DNA of 64,000 bases from assembly GCA_949286835.1 (NCBI GenBank), contig CASEDP010000010.1:1696-65695 (forward strand), in the 5' to 3' direction. Every line of letters starts with the position of its first letter. Within the stretch, counting starts at the first letter, position 1. The DNA comes from an uncultured Clostridia bacterium. GTDB taxonomy: Bacteria > Bacillota > Clostridia > Christensenellales > Borkfalkiaceae. The notes beneath the pieces are model-generated. The model made no database searches. It saw only the letters and a list, made by a program, of their open reading frames with translations, and had not been told where the DNA came from. Shown here piece after piece: positions 8,287-16,122 of this stretch. Position numbers and translations under genes: made by a program.

Positions 8287-10683
8287 TTACTTTTTGGTCT
8301 TTTCCTTGCTGAGGAACCTGCCGATGCCCTTGAAGAGATGTCCGTTGAACATCATAAGCATTGCCTCCATCTGCCTCCTCGACATTCCGCCGAACTTGGC
8401 AAGACCCCTGACGGGCTGGTGAACCATACCCATAGTGAGGGTGTTCGCCGTAGTCTTTTTGCCTATCTTCCACATAAAGTCGCGGGCGAACAGTATGCCC
8501 CAGGAGAACAGCCTGCCGACCCAGCGCTTGGAGTACTTGAGGTCTGCAATGGTGCAGTTTTCGTGAATGACCATTCTGTTCTTCTTATAGAATTTATAGT
8601 CGCTTTCGGGAATTTCCCTGCCGAGCAACGCGGTGAACGCCTCGTCTGAAACCGCCCTGATATCGCAGTCGTAATAGGGTGCAAGCGCCGCCTTGTCATA
8701 GGGAACGACGTCCGTAGTGCCCTTCTTTTCAATGCTGCCCGTAAGGCGCACGTCGACGGAAGATGCGCAGACGTAGATGTCATACTTGCCGCCCTCTACT
8801 TCCCACTTGTTTGTCTTGACGTTGAAATAGCGGAAGGTCTTGTCGTCGAAGGGAATGACGACCTTCTTCTTCTCTCCGGGTGCGAGATATACCTTAACAA
8901 AGCCCTTGAGTTCCTTCTTGGGACGGGGAACTATGCTGTCCTTCTTGCCGACGTAGAGCTGTGCGACTTCCGCGCCCGCAACGCTGCCCGTGTTTTCGAG
9001 GGTGAAGCTTACGCCGTCCTCGGTGACCTGAATGTCGGAATATCCGAACGTCGTATAGGAAAGACCGTAGCCGAAGGGGAAGTTGACCTCCACCCCTGCC
9101 GTATCGTAATATCTGTAGCCGACGAAAATGCCCTCGCGGTATTCGATTGTGTTCTTGAGTCCGGGGAAGTAGGGCGCCGAAGAACAGTCTACGTACTTGT
9201 AGGGAAGGCTTTCGGACAGCTTGCCGCTGGGATTGACCTGACCGTAGAGCACGTTGTACATTGCCTTTGCAGCAGCCTGCCCGCTGAGATAGCCGTGGAC
9301 TATGCCCTGCGCCTTATTGATGTTGTCAAGCTCTATGGAGCTGCCGCAGGAGAGCACGACGATGACGGGCTTGCCCAGCTTGTATATCTCTTCGAGGAGG
9401 GCGAGCTGGTTTGCGGGTATCTTGGTATCCTTTCTGTCAAGCCCCTCAGCCTCCGTAACTTCGTCGAGCCCCGCGAAGAATACGACCTTGTCGGCGCTCT
9501 TTGCAAGAGACAGCGCTTCCTTGGCGAGCTTCTTGTTCTTCTTGCCGTAGCGGTCGAAGCCCTGGGCATATGTATAGGACATCTTCTCGCCGTCCATAAC
9601 GCCGACGAAGTTGTCGAGCTTGGTGGGATTTACTACCGAAGAGCCCGCGCCCTGATAGCGGGGGTTCTTTGCATAGTCGCCTACCACGCAGACCTTTTCG
9701 TTTTCGTTTAAGGGAAGAACGCCCTCGTTCTTTAAGAGGACTATGCTGTCCTCTGCGCACTTCTGCGCGAATGCGTGGTGCGCTTCGACGTTGAACTGCT
9801 TGGGAGCATTCTTTATTACCTTGTCCGTCCTCAGGATCCAGTCGATGAGCCTGTCGAGACATTCGTCGACTACGCTCTCGTCGAGCGAGCCGTCCTCGAG
9901 CGCCTTATATACGTCGTCGTTGCCGTACTTGCAGGAGGGCATCTCCAGCTCGTTTCCGCACTTGAGCCCTTCTACTCTGTCGTTGCAGCCTGCCCAGTCG
10001 GTTACGACCACGCCGTTATATCCCCACTCCTTTCTGAGTATCTCTACGAGGAGATGATAGTTTTCATTGGTGAAAGTGCCGTTGAGCTTGTTGTAAGAGG
10101 ACATTACCATCTGCGTGCCACCCTCTTTCACTGCGATTTCAAAGCCGGTGAGGTAAATTTCCCTCATCGTCCTCTCGTCGACGACGCTGTCGATTACCAT
10201 TCTGCGCTCTTCCTGGTTATTGCAGGCAAAGTGCTTGAGGCAGGCAGCTATGCCGTTGCTCTGGATGCCTTTGACATAGGAAGCCGCCATCTTGCCCGCG
10301 AGATACGGATCCTCCGAAAAATATTCAAAGTTTCTGCCGCAACGGGGGTTGCGCTTGATGTTGAGGCCGGGTCCGAGCAACACGTTGACATCCTGTGCAA
10401 CGCCCTCTTCTCCGAGGTATTTGCCCATCTCCTCGCCGAGGGCGGGGTCCCAACTGTTCGCCATCGTAGCGGCGGTGGGATAACAGGTCGCGGGAATTGA
10501 CTGGTTAAGACCGAGGTGGTCGGACTTAGCAGCCTGCTTTCTCACGCCGTGAGGGCCGTCCGACAGAAATGCCGAGGGCAGACCCAGCTCTTCATAGGGC
10601 ATAGTCGACCAGAAATCCTTGCCGGATAACAGGTCGGCTTTCTGTCTTCTTGTCAGTTTGGAAATGATGTCAGTGTGCTTCAT
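8287..10683 (-). CDS. Glycoside hydrolase family 3 beta-glucosidase
   Basis: 798 aa. The N-terminus reads LSGKDFWSTMP...LSDGPHGVRKQ. Also present are KHFACNNQE and the nucleophile context VVTDWAG. Confidence 0.9.
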   Translation of the reverse strand: MKHTDIISKLTRRQKADLLSGKDFWSTMPYEELGLPSAFLSDGPHGVRKQAAKSDHLGLNQSIPATCYPTAATMANSWDPALGEEMGKYLGEEGVAQDVNVLLGPGLNIKRNPRCGRNFEYFSEDPYLAGKMAASYVKGIQSNGIAACLKHFACNNQEERRMVIDSVVDERTMREIYLTGFEIAVKEGGTQMVMSSYNKLNGTFTNENYHLLVEILRKEWGYNGVVVTDWAGCNDRVEGLKCGNELEMPSCKYGNDDVYKALEDGSLDESVVDECLDRLIDWILRTDKVIKNAPKQFNVEAHHAFAQKCAEDSIVLLKNEGVLPLNENEKVCVVGDYAKNPRYQGAGSSVVNPTKLDNFVGVMDGEKMSYTYAQGFDRYGKKNKKLAKEALSLAKSADKVVFFAGLDEVTEAEGLDRKDTKIPANQLALLEEIYKLGKPVIVVLSCGSSIELDNINKAQGIVHGYLSGQAAAKAMYNVLYGQVNPSGKLSESLPYKYVDCSSAPYFPGLKNTIEYREGIFVGYRYYDTAGVEVNFPFGYGLSYTTFGYSDIQVTEDGVSFTLENTGSVAGAEVAQLYVGKKDSIVPRPKKELKGFVKVYLAPGEKKKVVIPFDDKTFRYFNVKTNKWEVEGGKYDIYVCASSVDVRLTGSIEKKGTTDVVPYDKAALAPYYDCDIRAVSDEAFTALLGREIPESDYKFYKKNRMVIHENCTIADLKYSKRWVGRLFSWGILFARDFMWKIGKKTTANTLTMGMVHQPVRGLAKFGGMSRRQMEAMLMMFNGHLFKGIGRFLSKEKTKK

Positions 10684-11095
10684 ATTAAATCTCCCCTATT
10701 GAGTTTTTTTTCTTGACAAAACCCTTTGCGAAACGCCATCGCCGCGACGGTAACAGACGCCGCAGGCACGCAAAGTCCCCCTCCCGTCGCAACCAGAAAA
10801 ACAGTGACCATAAAGGAGCTTCCCCCGATGCAGCGTTCTTAATTGCAGACAGACAGTACAAATTGCCTGATTTTAATTTTTTTAACACTGTGTATTTTAC
10901 AATAATAATAAAAAAATGTCAATACCGCACGCATAAATTGTAGCAATTCTGTCATAACTTTGCCAGACCTTGTTAATAATAAACTATCATATCGCGGCAA
11001 GTCGCAAAAAAGCGGCTGTAATATTATATTAAAGTGTCAGCAAACCAGTAGCGATGAGCGGCGCCCGCCCCTTTTCCGCCCTCGTCAAAGCGCAC

Positions 11096-11131
11096 AAAAA
11101 ACTGCGGCGCCGTGGGTTCACGGCGCCGCAG
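11096..11131 (-). terminator. Rho-independent terminator of the nitroreductase gene
   Basis: CTGCGGCGCCGTG / CACGGCGCCGCAG form a perfect 13-bp stem followed by TTTTTT on the minus strand. Confidence 0.75.
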
Positions 11132-11251
11132 AAGCTTAAATCAGAATGTTACACTTTTTAATTTACACGGACTTTTCCGTCGCGTTGTAGTATATTTACT
11201 TTACCACACCCTCGGCGCGTTGTCAATACCTGTTTTTAAAATTTTTTGCAA

Positions 11252-11920
11252 TTATTTTTTCCAGACAAAGTTTTCCTTGCCCGCGCCGACCTCGAAATGA
11301 TACCTTACTATGCCCTCGTCGATGTCGGTATAGAACCCCTTTCCGCGAGTTAAACGAACTCCGTTCGCGCCGCACAGTTCAAGGAGAAATTTCTGTTGGT
11401 TGACCGCCGTCGGGGCGAGCAGCGCGGCGTCCACTCCACGCAAAAACCATTCGGGCGGCTCGCCGCCGACGCGCATAACCTCTTCCCTCGTCCTCGAGCG
11501 ACGCGCAGCCCCCGCCGTCAGCCCGTAGCCGAAGGCAATTACGGCGCACAACTTTTCGCCCTTTCCGAGCTCTGCCCGCACCGCCCTCTTCCTGAAGGTG
11601 AGCGCCGCCCAGCAGGTGTTCAGCCCGAGTGTCTGGGCATAGAGCACTATGCTCTCGCCGAAATAGCCGCACCTCTCCCCGAGGTTCTCCCCGCCGCCGA
11701 CGAGCGCAATGTAGTTCTCCACGCCGGAGAACTTGCCGTACCGCGCGAGAAAGCAGTCGAATACCGCCCTGTCGCCGTACACTGTCTGTATGTGCAACCC
11801 GCTCTGCGCATTGCACTCCGCGACGAAGGCGTCGAGCTTTTGCCTCGTCTCCCCGTCCACGGGTCTGTCCGAATACCTGCGCACGGAATGTCTTGCCGCG
11901 ACAGCCTCATATATGTCCAT
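11252..11920 (-). CDS. Nitroreductase family protein
   Basis: 222 aa beginning MDIYEAVAARHSVRRYSDRPV, the typical nitroreductase N-terminus. Confidence 0.85.
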   Translation of the reverse strand: MDIYEAVAARHSVRRYSDRPVDGETRQKLDAFVAECNAQSGLHIQTVYGDRAVFDCFLARYGKFSGVENYIALVGGGENLGERCGYFGESIVLYAQTLGLNTCWAALTFRKRAVRAELGKGEKLCAVIAFGYGLTAGAARRSRTREEVMRVGGEPPEWFLRGVDAALLAPTAVNQQKFLLELCGANGVRLTRGKGFYTDIDEGIVRYHFEVGAGKENFVWKK

Positions 11921-11935
11921 AAGTCCAACCCTCCG

Positions 11936-12202
11936 TCATTCCCGCTTTTTGCCGAAATCGGCGGCGACGCTCCCGATGTGCTGCAGCTCGAAGCGGTATT
12001 TCTGCCCCGCCTCGGGATATTTTTCCGCGTCCACTTCGCCGAGGAACATCTCAAGCGGTCTTATCCACAGACTGCCGTCGCCGTACAACCTTCGGTAGAC
12101 TGCATACTTTTCGCCCGTCTCCGAATGGGTGGCGACGTCGCAGAGCAGGTAATAGTCGCCCTTGAAATGCCTGTAGATGCCGTTTATCTTCAACTCGTTC
12201 AT
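11936..12202 (-). CDS. DUF1653 domain protein
   Basis: 88 aa with the characteristic [46 protein letters not shown]-17-TATAAT and a GAGGTG RBS lie upstream. Confidence 0.8.
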   Translation of the reverse strand: MNELKINGIYRHFKGDYYLLCDVATHSETGEKYAVYRRLYGDGSLWIRPLEMFLGEVDAEKYPEAGQKYRFELQHIGSVAADFGKKRE

Positions 12203-12358
12203 ACTTTCACCTCTTATCCATTATACCCCTTCTTCCGCCGCCCGACAAGCGAAAGTTTGGCAATTCCGAATGGCGGGCAAAAATCTCTTCCTCAAAGCTC
12301 CACTGCGGCGGGCGTTTTTCCATAAGTTTTTTATGATAATCACTATACGGAGAGAGAT

Positions 12359-12541
12359 TTACCCTGAAAACTCCTCCCCGTCATCGCGTTTTTCGTCCCG
12401 CCGCCTGAAAAGCGGCTTATCCTGCGCGGACAGCCAAGCGCCGACAGCCATAAGCCCCAGCGCTATGAAATAGGTATAGTGCGGCATTTCCCTGAAGATG
12501 ACGAGGGAAAGCAGCGTGCCTATGAACGGGGCGACGGCGTA
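12359..12541 (-). pseudogene. 3'-terminal remnant (last 60 codons) of an EamA/DMT family transporter gene
   Basis: The frame reads YAVAPFIGTLLSLVIFREMPHYTYFIALGLMAVGAWLSAQDKPLF...* and resembles the final TM helices of DMT permeases. An in-frame TAA at 12542-12544 closes it upstream, exactly where composition turns AT-rich. Confidence 0.6.
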
Positions 12542-12612
12542 TTACGTTGCGCCCCGATACATTTCATTCAAATTCCGTTTCAATACAATACATTACAATT
12601 CAGTTCGTTCCA

Positions 12613-12750
12613 TTACTTTACATTTCTTTCTTTCGCTAATTCCAAAACTCTTGCAAATATTGTTTCAAAGAAAATCCGTTGTTCGTTTTCGGATAAAGTT
12701 GCAATATCCGGCGTTCCGACTGTAACAATTTCGAGTTCTGTTTTCAGCAT
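12613..12750 (-). CDS. Hypothetical 45-aa protein
   Basis: MLKTELEIVTVGTPDIATLSENEQRIFFETIFARVLELAKERNVK, with AGGAGGTGG 5 nt upstream of the ATG. The 80-aa track version lacks an RBS. No family recognised. Confidence 0.4.
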   Translation of the reverse strand: MLKTELEIVTVGTPDIATLSENEQRIFFETIFARVLELAKERNVK

Positions 12751-13033
12751 TTTTCCACCTCCTTTTCGTTTGTTTTTGAGCGGCAAAAAATACCCCTCAA
12801 TATATAGGCTCGAAAAAGGGAAAAGTAGACGGTCTGATGTCAAAATTTCACACAATTTTTACATTAGAGCCGATTTTTCCTTTCTGAGCCGCAATCCGAC
12901 TTCCCAAGCGGAAAGTTTGATATTCAAAATTATACACTATTTTTTATTCCAAGCGTGAGCAGGTGAAAGTATACTTTTCCGTATCTAAACCGAAACTGCA
13001 CAGATACTTTTCCTCCACTTCATTGTAAATGAA

Positions 13034-13070
13034 CAAAGAAAAACGCCGCCGATATACAAATACCGACGGC
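13034..13070 (-). terminator. Candidate rho-independent terminator inside the AT-rich islet
   Basis: On the minus strand, GCCGTCGGTA-loop-TATCGGCGGC forms a 10-bp stem with 2 G-U pairs. GTTTTTCTTTG follows. It lies downstream of the GC-rich structured block. Confidence 0.45.
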
Positions 13071-13221
13071 ATATAAAAAGACGTTAAAACTCAAATACTG
13101 CCGCACGGAGCATAAGGGCGGCTCGCCAAGCGGTTCAGCGGCGATCCGCCCGTACCCGCTCGGCGTTTCCGTAGTGTGGTTTTGCGGTTGTTCTTTTGCC
13201 GCTTTGTTTTGTTTGTTTTGT

Positions 13222-13286
13222 GTGGCGTGTGCTTGGCTGCGGCGCGCGTTAGCGCGCCGCACTTGTCTATGCCAAGCACACGCCAC
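13222..13286. repeat. Nested perfect palindromes: a 16-bp outer inverted repeat enclosing a 10-bp GC hairpin
   Basis: Outer arms are GTGGCGTGTGCTTGGC at 13222-13237 and GCCAAGCACACGCCAC at 13271-13286. The inner hairpin is TGCGGCGCGC-GTTA-GCGCGCCGCA at 13238-13261. Confidence 0.9.
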
Positions 13287-13403
13287 GGTGCCAAAAGGTA
13301 TTTTTTTATATATCTTGCAATTTTGTTTTGCTTATATTATAATAATTTTGAAATGAGTAAAATACCGTTGTGCGCCGTTTAATAATTAAAGGGGGAATAT
13401 CCT

Positions 13404-13823
13404 ATGAAAAAAGTAATATTGTTTCTATCTTGTTGCTTATTAACGTGCTTATTGGTTGCTTGCCAAAAGGAAATAAATAGTATTACCGATTTTTCACAAT
13501 TTTCAGATATGACGCAAGAAACTGACAGAGTAGAAGTCGAGTTTGATAATAATTCGGGCGTTCCCTTTTATTTCACGATTGATAATCAAGAAGCCGTTGA
13601 CGAAGTTATGACTATAATCTTTTCGGCAACATTTATAGACCGAGGAGAAGAAAACTTGTTTGCTGGTGATAATACAAGTATAAAAATCATACAAGGTGAA
13701 AAAGAATATAATTTACATGTAAGAGTAAATAAAGACGGGAAACGATATTATGCGTTTTCAACGGGGGACTTACAAAATAAGATTATTGAACTTGCCAGAC
13801 AAGCCGGAGCTTATAATGAATAG
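13404..13823 (+). CDS. Hypothetical lipoprotein (AT-rich islet)
   Basis: 139 aa beginning MKKVILFLSCCLLTCLLVACQK (lipobox), with a GGGGGA RBS. Composition is AT-rich, unlike the flanking genes. Confidence 0.7.
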   Translation: MKKVILFLSCCLLTCLLVACQKEINSITDFSQFSDMTQETDRVEVEFDNNSGVPFYFTIDNQEAVDEVMTIIFSATFIDRGEENLFAGDNTSIKIIQGEKEYNLHVRVNKDGKRYYAFSTGDLQNKIIELARQAGAYNE

Positions 13824-13847
13824 ATTTTTAATGATGAGGAGAGAAGT

Positions 13848-14366
13848 ATGAAAAAATTTGTACGCATTGTAGGTATTATCGTCTTAATATGTTGTTTGTT
13901 TGGCTCGGTTGGGTGTGGCAATAAATATAATGCAGAATTATTTAATAATGCTGAACAGTGGATTCGTGACGATTTTCTGCGGGAAAATCGTGTAAAGGCG
14001 TATTATCCAAACGAAAATTATGATGAGAACGATGAGCAATCCGAAAGATACATTTATGATGAAACTGCTCCCCTGACGAGAACTTTTATTATTTCTGACA
14101 ATGTGACGTTTGATGAAATCTTCAAGGGAGATGACATTATCGTTGATTTTGCAAATGAAATACTGCTTTTGTATATTCATTCCGAAATTTATCCTGGAAG
14201 AAATTACAGTTTGAAAAAGATTGCCGTCGAAGGAGGGAAAATAAGCGTTTCAGTAGAAATTGAAAAGAAGAATGGGGTTGGTGACGCGGCGATGCCCGCC
14301 CAAAGCTGTTTATTGGTAAAAATGGATAGAATTGAGATTGATTCGGCAGAATTTATCGAGCAATAA
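13848..14366 (+). CDS. Hypothetical lipoprotein (AT-rich islet)
   Basis: 172 aa beginning MKKFVRIVGIIVLICCLFGSVGCGN (lipobox), with a GAGGAG RBS. AT-rich. Confidence 0.7.
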   Translation: MKKFVRIVGIIVLICCLFGSVGCGNKYNAELFNNAEQWIRDDFLRENRVKAYYPNENYDENDEQSERYIYDETAPLTRTFIISDNVTFDEIFKGDDIIVDFANEILLLYIHSEIYPGRNYSLKKIAVEGGKISVSVEIEKKNGVGDAAMPAQSCLLVKMDRIEIDSAEFIEQ

Positions 14367-14434
14367 AATCAAACAGGATACATCAGAGAAAAATATGAAA
14401 AAGAAGTGTTCTGAAAAGATATTTTACCTATAAA

Positions 14435-14474
14435 AATAAGAGCCTAAATCGAATATTCGATTTAGGCTCTTATT
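14435..14474. terminator. Perfect 40-nt palindrome acting as a bidirectional terminator between the lipoprotein genes and the tRNA operon
   Basis: AATAAGAGCCTAAATCGAAT / ATTCGATTTAGGCTCTTATT. It abuts the 3' end of tRNA-Lys(CUU). Confidence 0.7.
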
Positions 14475-14549
14475 GGTGCACCTTCAGGGACTCGAACCCT
14501 GGGCCCACTGATTAAGAGTCAGTTGCTCTACCAACTGAGCTAAAGGTGC
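14474..14549 (-). tRNA. tRNA-Lys (anticodon CUU), CCA encoded
   Basis: GCACCTTTAGCTCAGTTGGTAGAGCAACTGACTCTTAATCAGTGGGCCCAGGGTTCGAGTCCCTGAAGGTGCACCA. Cloverleaf checked by hand; the anticodon loop is CUCUUAA. Confidence 0.9.
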
Positions 14550-14603
14550 ATTTGCTATTTATTTGTTTTCGGATGTCCCAATGGATCAACCGCTGTCTGC
14601 TTG

Positions 14604-14679
14604 TGGTGGTCCATCCGAGATTCGAACCCGGGACACCTTGATTAAAAGTCAAGTGCTCTGCCGACTGAGCTAATGGGCC
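14604..14679 (-). tRNA. tRNA-Lys (anticodon UUU), CCA encoded
   Basis: GGCCCATTAGCTCAGTCGGCAGAGCACTTGACTTTTAATCAAGGTGTCCCGGGTTCGAATCTCGGATGGACCACCA. The anticodon loop is CUUUUAA. There is one C3-A70 mismatch in the acceptor stem. Confidence 0.85.
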
Positions 14680-14687
14680 AAAATAAT

Positions 14688-14762
14688 TGGCTGGGGTGGC
14701 AGGATTTGAACCTACGAATGCGGGAATCAAAATCCCGTGCCTTACCGCTTGGCGACACCCCA
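14688..14762 (-). tRNA. tRNA-Gln (anticodon UUG), CCA encoded
   Basis: TGGGGTGTCGCCAAGCGGTAAGGCACGGGATTTTGATTCCCGCATTCGTAGGTTCAAATCCTGCCACCCCAGCCA, with the U1-A72 pair typical of Gln. Confidence 0.9.
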
Positions 14763-14798
14763 ACGATAAGAGTGAGGAACTCCCCCCTTACGTATTTA

Positions 14799-14875
14799 TG
14801 GGGCGGGCGACAAGTTTCGAACTTGCTACCTCCAGAGCCACAATCTGGCGCTCTACCGATTGAGCTACGCCCGCC
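14799..14875 (-). tRNA. tRNA-His (anticodon GUG) with G-1, CCA encoded
   Basis: GGCGGGCGTAGCTCAATCGGTAGAGCGCCAGATTGTGGCTCTGGAGGTAGCAAGTTCGAAACTTGTCGCCCGCCCCA. Confidence 0.9.
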
Positions 14876-14883
14876 ATAAATGC

Positions 14884-14960
14884 TGGTGCGCCTGGAGAGA
14901 CTCGAACCCCCGACACACGGCTTAGAAGGCCGTTGCTCTATCCTGCTGAGCTACAGGCGC
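14884..14960 (-). tRNA. tRNA-Arg (anticodon UCU), CCA encoded
   Basis: GCGCCTGTAGCTCAGCAGGATAGAGCAACGGCCTTCTAAGCCGTGTGTCGGGGGTTCGAGTCTCTCCAGGCGCACCA. Confidence 0.9.
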
Positions 14961-15002
14961 ATATGTACGCATTAAGCTTAACACGCCAAAGCCTTGTTTT
15001 AT

Positions 15003-15076
15003 TGGAGCGGGTGATGGGAATCGGACCCACGCAACCAGCTTGGAAGGCTAGTGTTCTACCATTGAACTACACCCGC
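15003..15076 (-). tRNA. tRNA-Gly (anticodon UCC), CCA encoded
   Basis: GCGGGTGTAGTTCAATGGTAGAACACTAGCCTTCCAAGCTGGTTGCGTGGGTCCGATTCCCATCACCCGCTCCA. Confidence 0.9.
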
Positions 15077-15134
15077 ATCTGTATGCACTTCATACCCTGA
15101 GCGGAGCAGGTCACGCACAACTCAATGCTTGAGT

Positions 15135-15163
15135 ATTATAGCAAATGGATTTTTTTATGTCAA
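15135..15163 (-). promoter_or_regulatory. Consensus sigma-A promoter of the tRNA operon
   Basis: The minus strand reads TTGACA-TAAAAAAATCCATTTGC-TATAAT with an exact 17-nt spacer. The -10 ends about 58 nt upstream of tRNA-Gly. Confidence 0.7.
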
Positions 15164-15231
15164 CTCATTTTTTAATAATTTATTCTTTTTTTATAATTTT
15201 TTTGTTGCGCGCAAAGAGGCGTCGAAACGCG

Positions 15232-16077
15232 CTATTTGCGGTTGAGCCAAGCATTTACGGAATGGGCTGCAACGTTGCCTTCCCCCGCCGCCTTGGCATA
15301 CTGATAAGGTCTGCCCGTGCAGTCGCCCGCGGCGAATATGCCCGCGACATTGGTCGCCATATTCCTGTCGGCCACGACGGCGCCCTCTTTTACTTCGAGC
15401 GCGGAATACAGACTGTCGCAGGCGGCATCCTTGAGCATAAACACGCCGTCGACTTCTATCTCTCCGCCCGAATATTCAACCGACGACACCTTGCCTTCAC
15501 CCTTTATGCGCTTGGGAATGCCGACAATTTTTTCAATATTTTTACCCTCGACGCCGCAATCTTTATACAGCGCGAAGAGGTACACTTTTGCGGCATAGTC
15601 CGCAAGCAGTTCTGCCTCGTGCTCCTCTTCCTTCGACGCGCAGACGACGGCAATGACCTTTCCCCTGTACAGAAAGCCGTCGCAGGTGGCGCAATAGCTT
15701 ACACCTCTGCCGACAAACTCCTTTTCGCCGACGATCGGCTTGACCGTCTCCACGCCCGTGGCGAGAATTATAGTCCTTGCCTCGTACACTTCCTGCCCGC
15801 AGGCGACGAAAAAGCCGCCCTCGGCGTCGTATATGCCCGTGGCGCGACCCTCAGTCACGGCTATGCCCTCCCCCGCGAGCTGCGCGGAGAGCGCGTCCCT
15901 GAACGCCCCGCCCGAAACTTCGGGAAGTCCGGGGTAGTTCTTTATCTTTTCGGCGCTTGCCACTTTGCCCGAAAGCCCCTTGTTGCCGACGAGCAGAAAA
16001 TCGCGCTTGAGCGCCTTCAGCGTGAGCGCCGCGGAGATGCCGGCAACGCCCGTTCCCAAAATAATGCAATCGTACAT
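15232..16077 (-). CDS. Thioredoxin-reductase-like FAD/NAD(P)-dependent oxidoreductase
   Basis: 281 aa beginning MYDCIILGTGVAGISAA (FAD dinucleotide fold), with the CATCDG redox-active disulfide motif. Confidence 0.8.
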   Translation of the reverse strand: MYDCIILGTGVAGISAALTLKALKRDFLLVGNKGLSGKVASAEKIKNYPGLPEVSGGAFRDALSAQLAGEGIAVTEGRATGIYDAEGGFFVACGQEVYEARTIILATGVETVKPIVGEKEFVGRGVSYCATCDGFLYRGKVIAVVCASKEEEHEAELLADYAAKVYLFALYKDCGVEGKNIEKIVGIPKRIKGEGKVSSVEYSGGEIEVDGVFMLKDAACDSLYSALEVKEGAVVADRNMATNVAGIFAAGDCTGRPYQYAKAAGEGNVAAHSVNAWLNRK

Positions 16078-16122
16078 AATTCACCTCTATTATCTGTCAA
16101 TCGGGCGGCATATATGCGCCGA

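Noticed and set aside
12061-12069. A perfect DnaA box, TTATCCACA.
   Set aside because: It is a single isolated copy inside the DUF1653 coding sequence, 13 kb from dnaA. One exact 9-mer hit in 128 kb of two-strand sequence is about what chance predicts.
12613-12855. The 80-aa version of the small islet ORF.
   Set aside because: The upstream 35 codons lack an RBS and read as low-complexity sequence. A strong AGGAGGTGG precedes the internal ATG at 12750, so the 45-aa form is preferred, and even that is low confidence.
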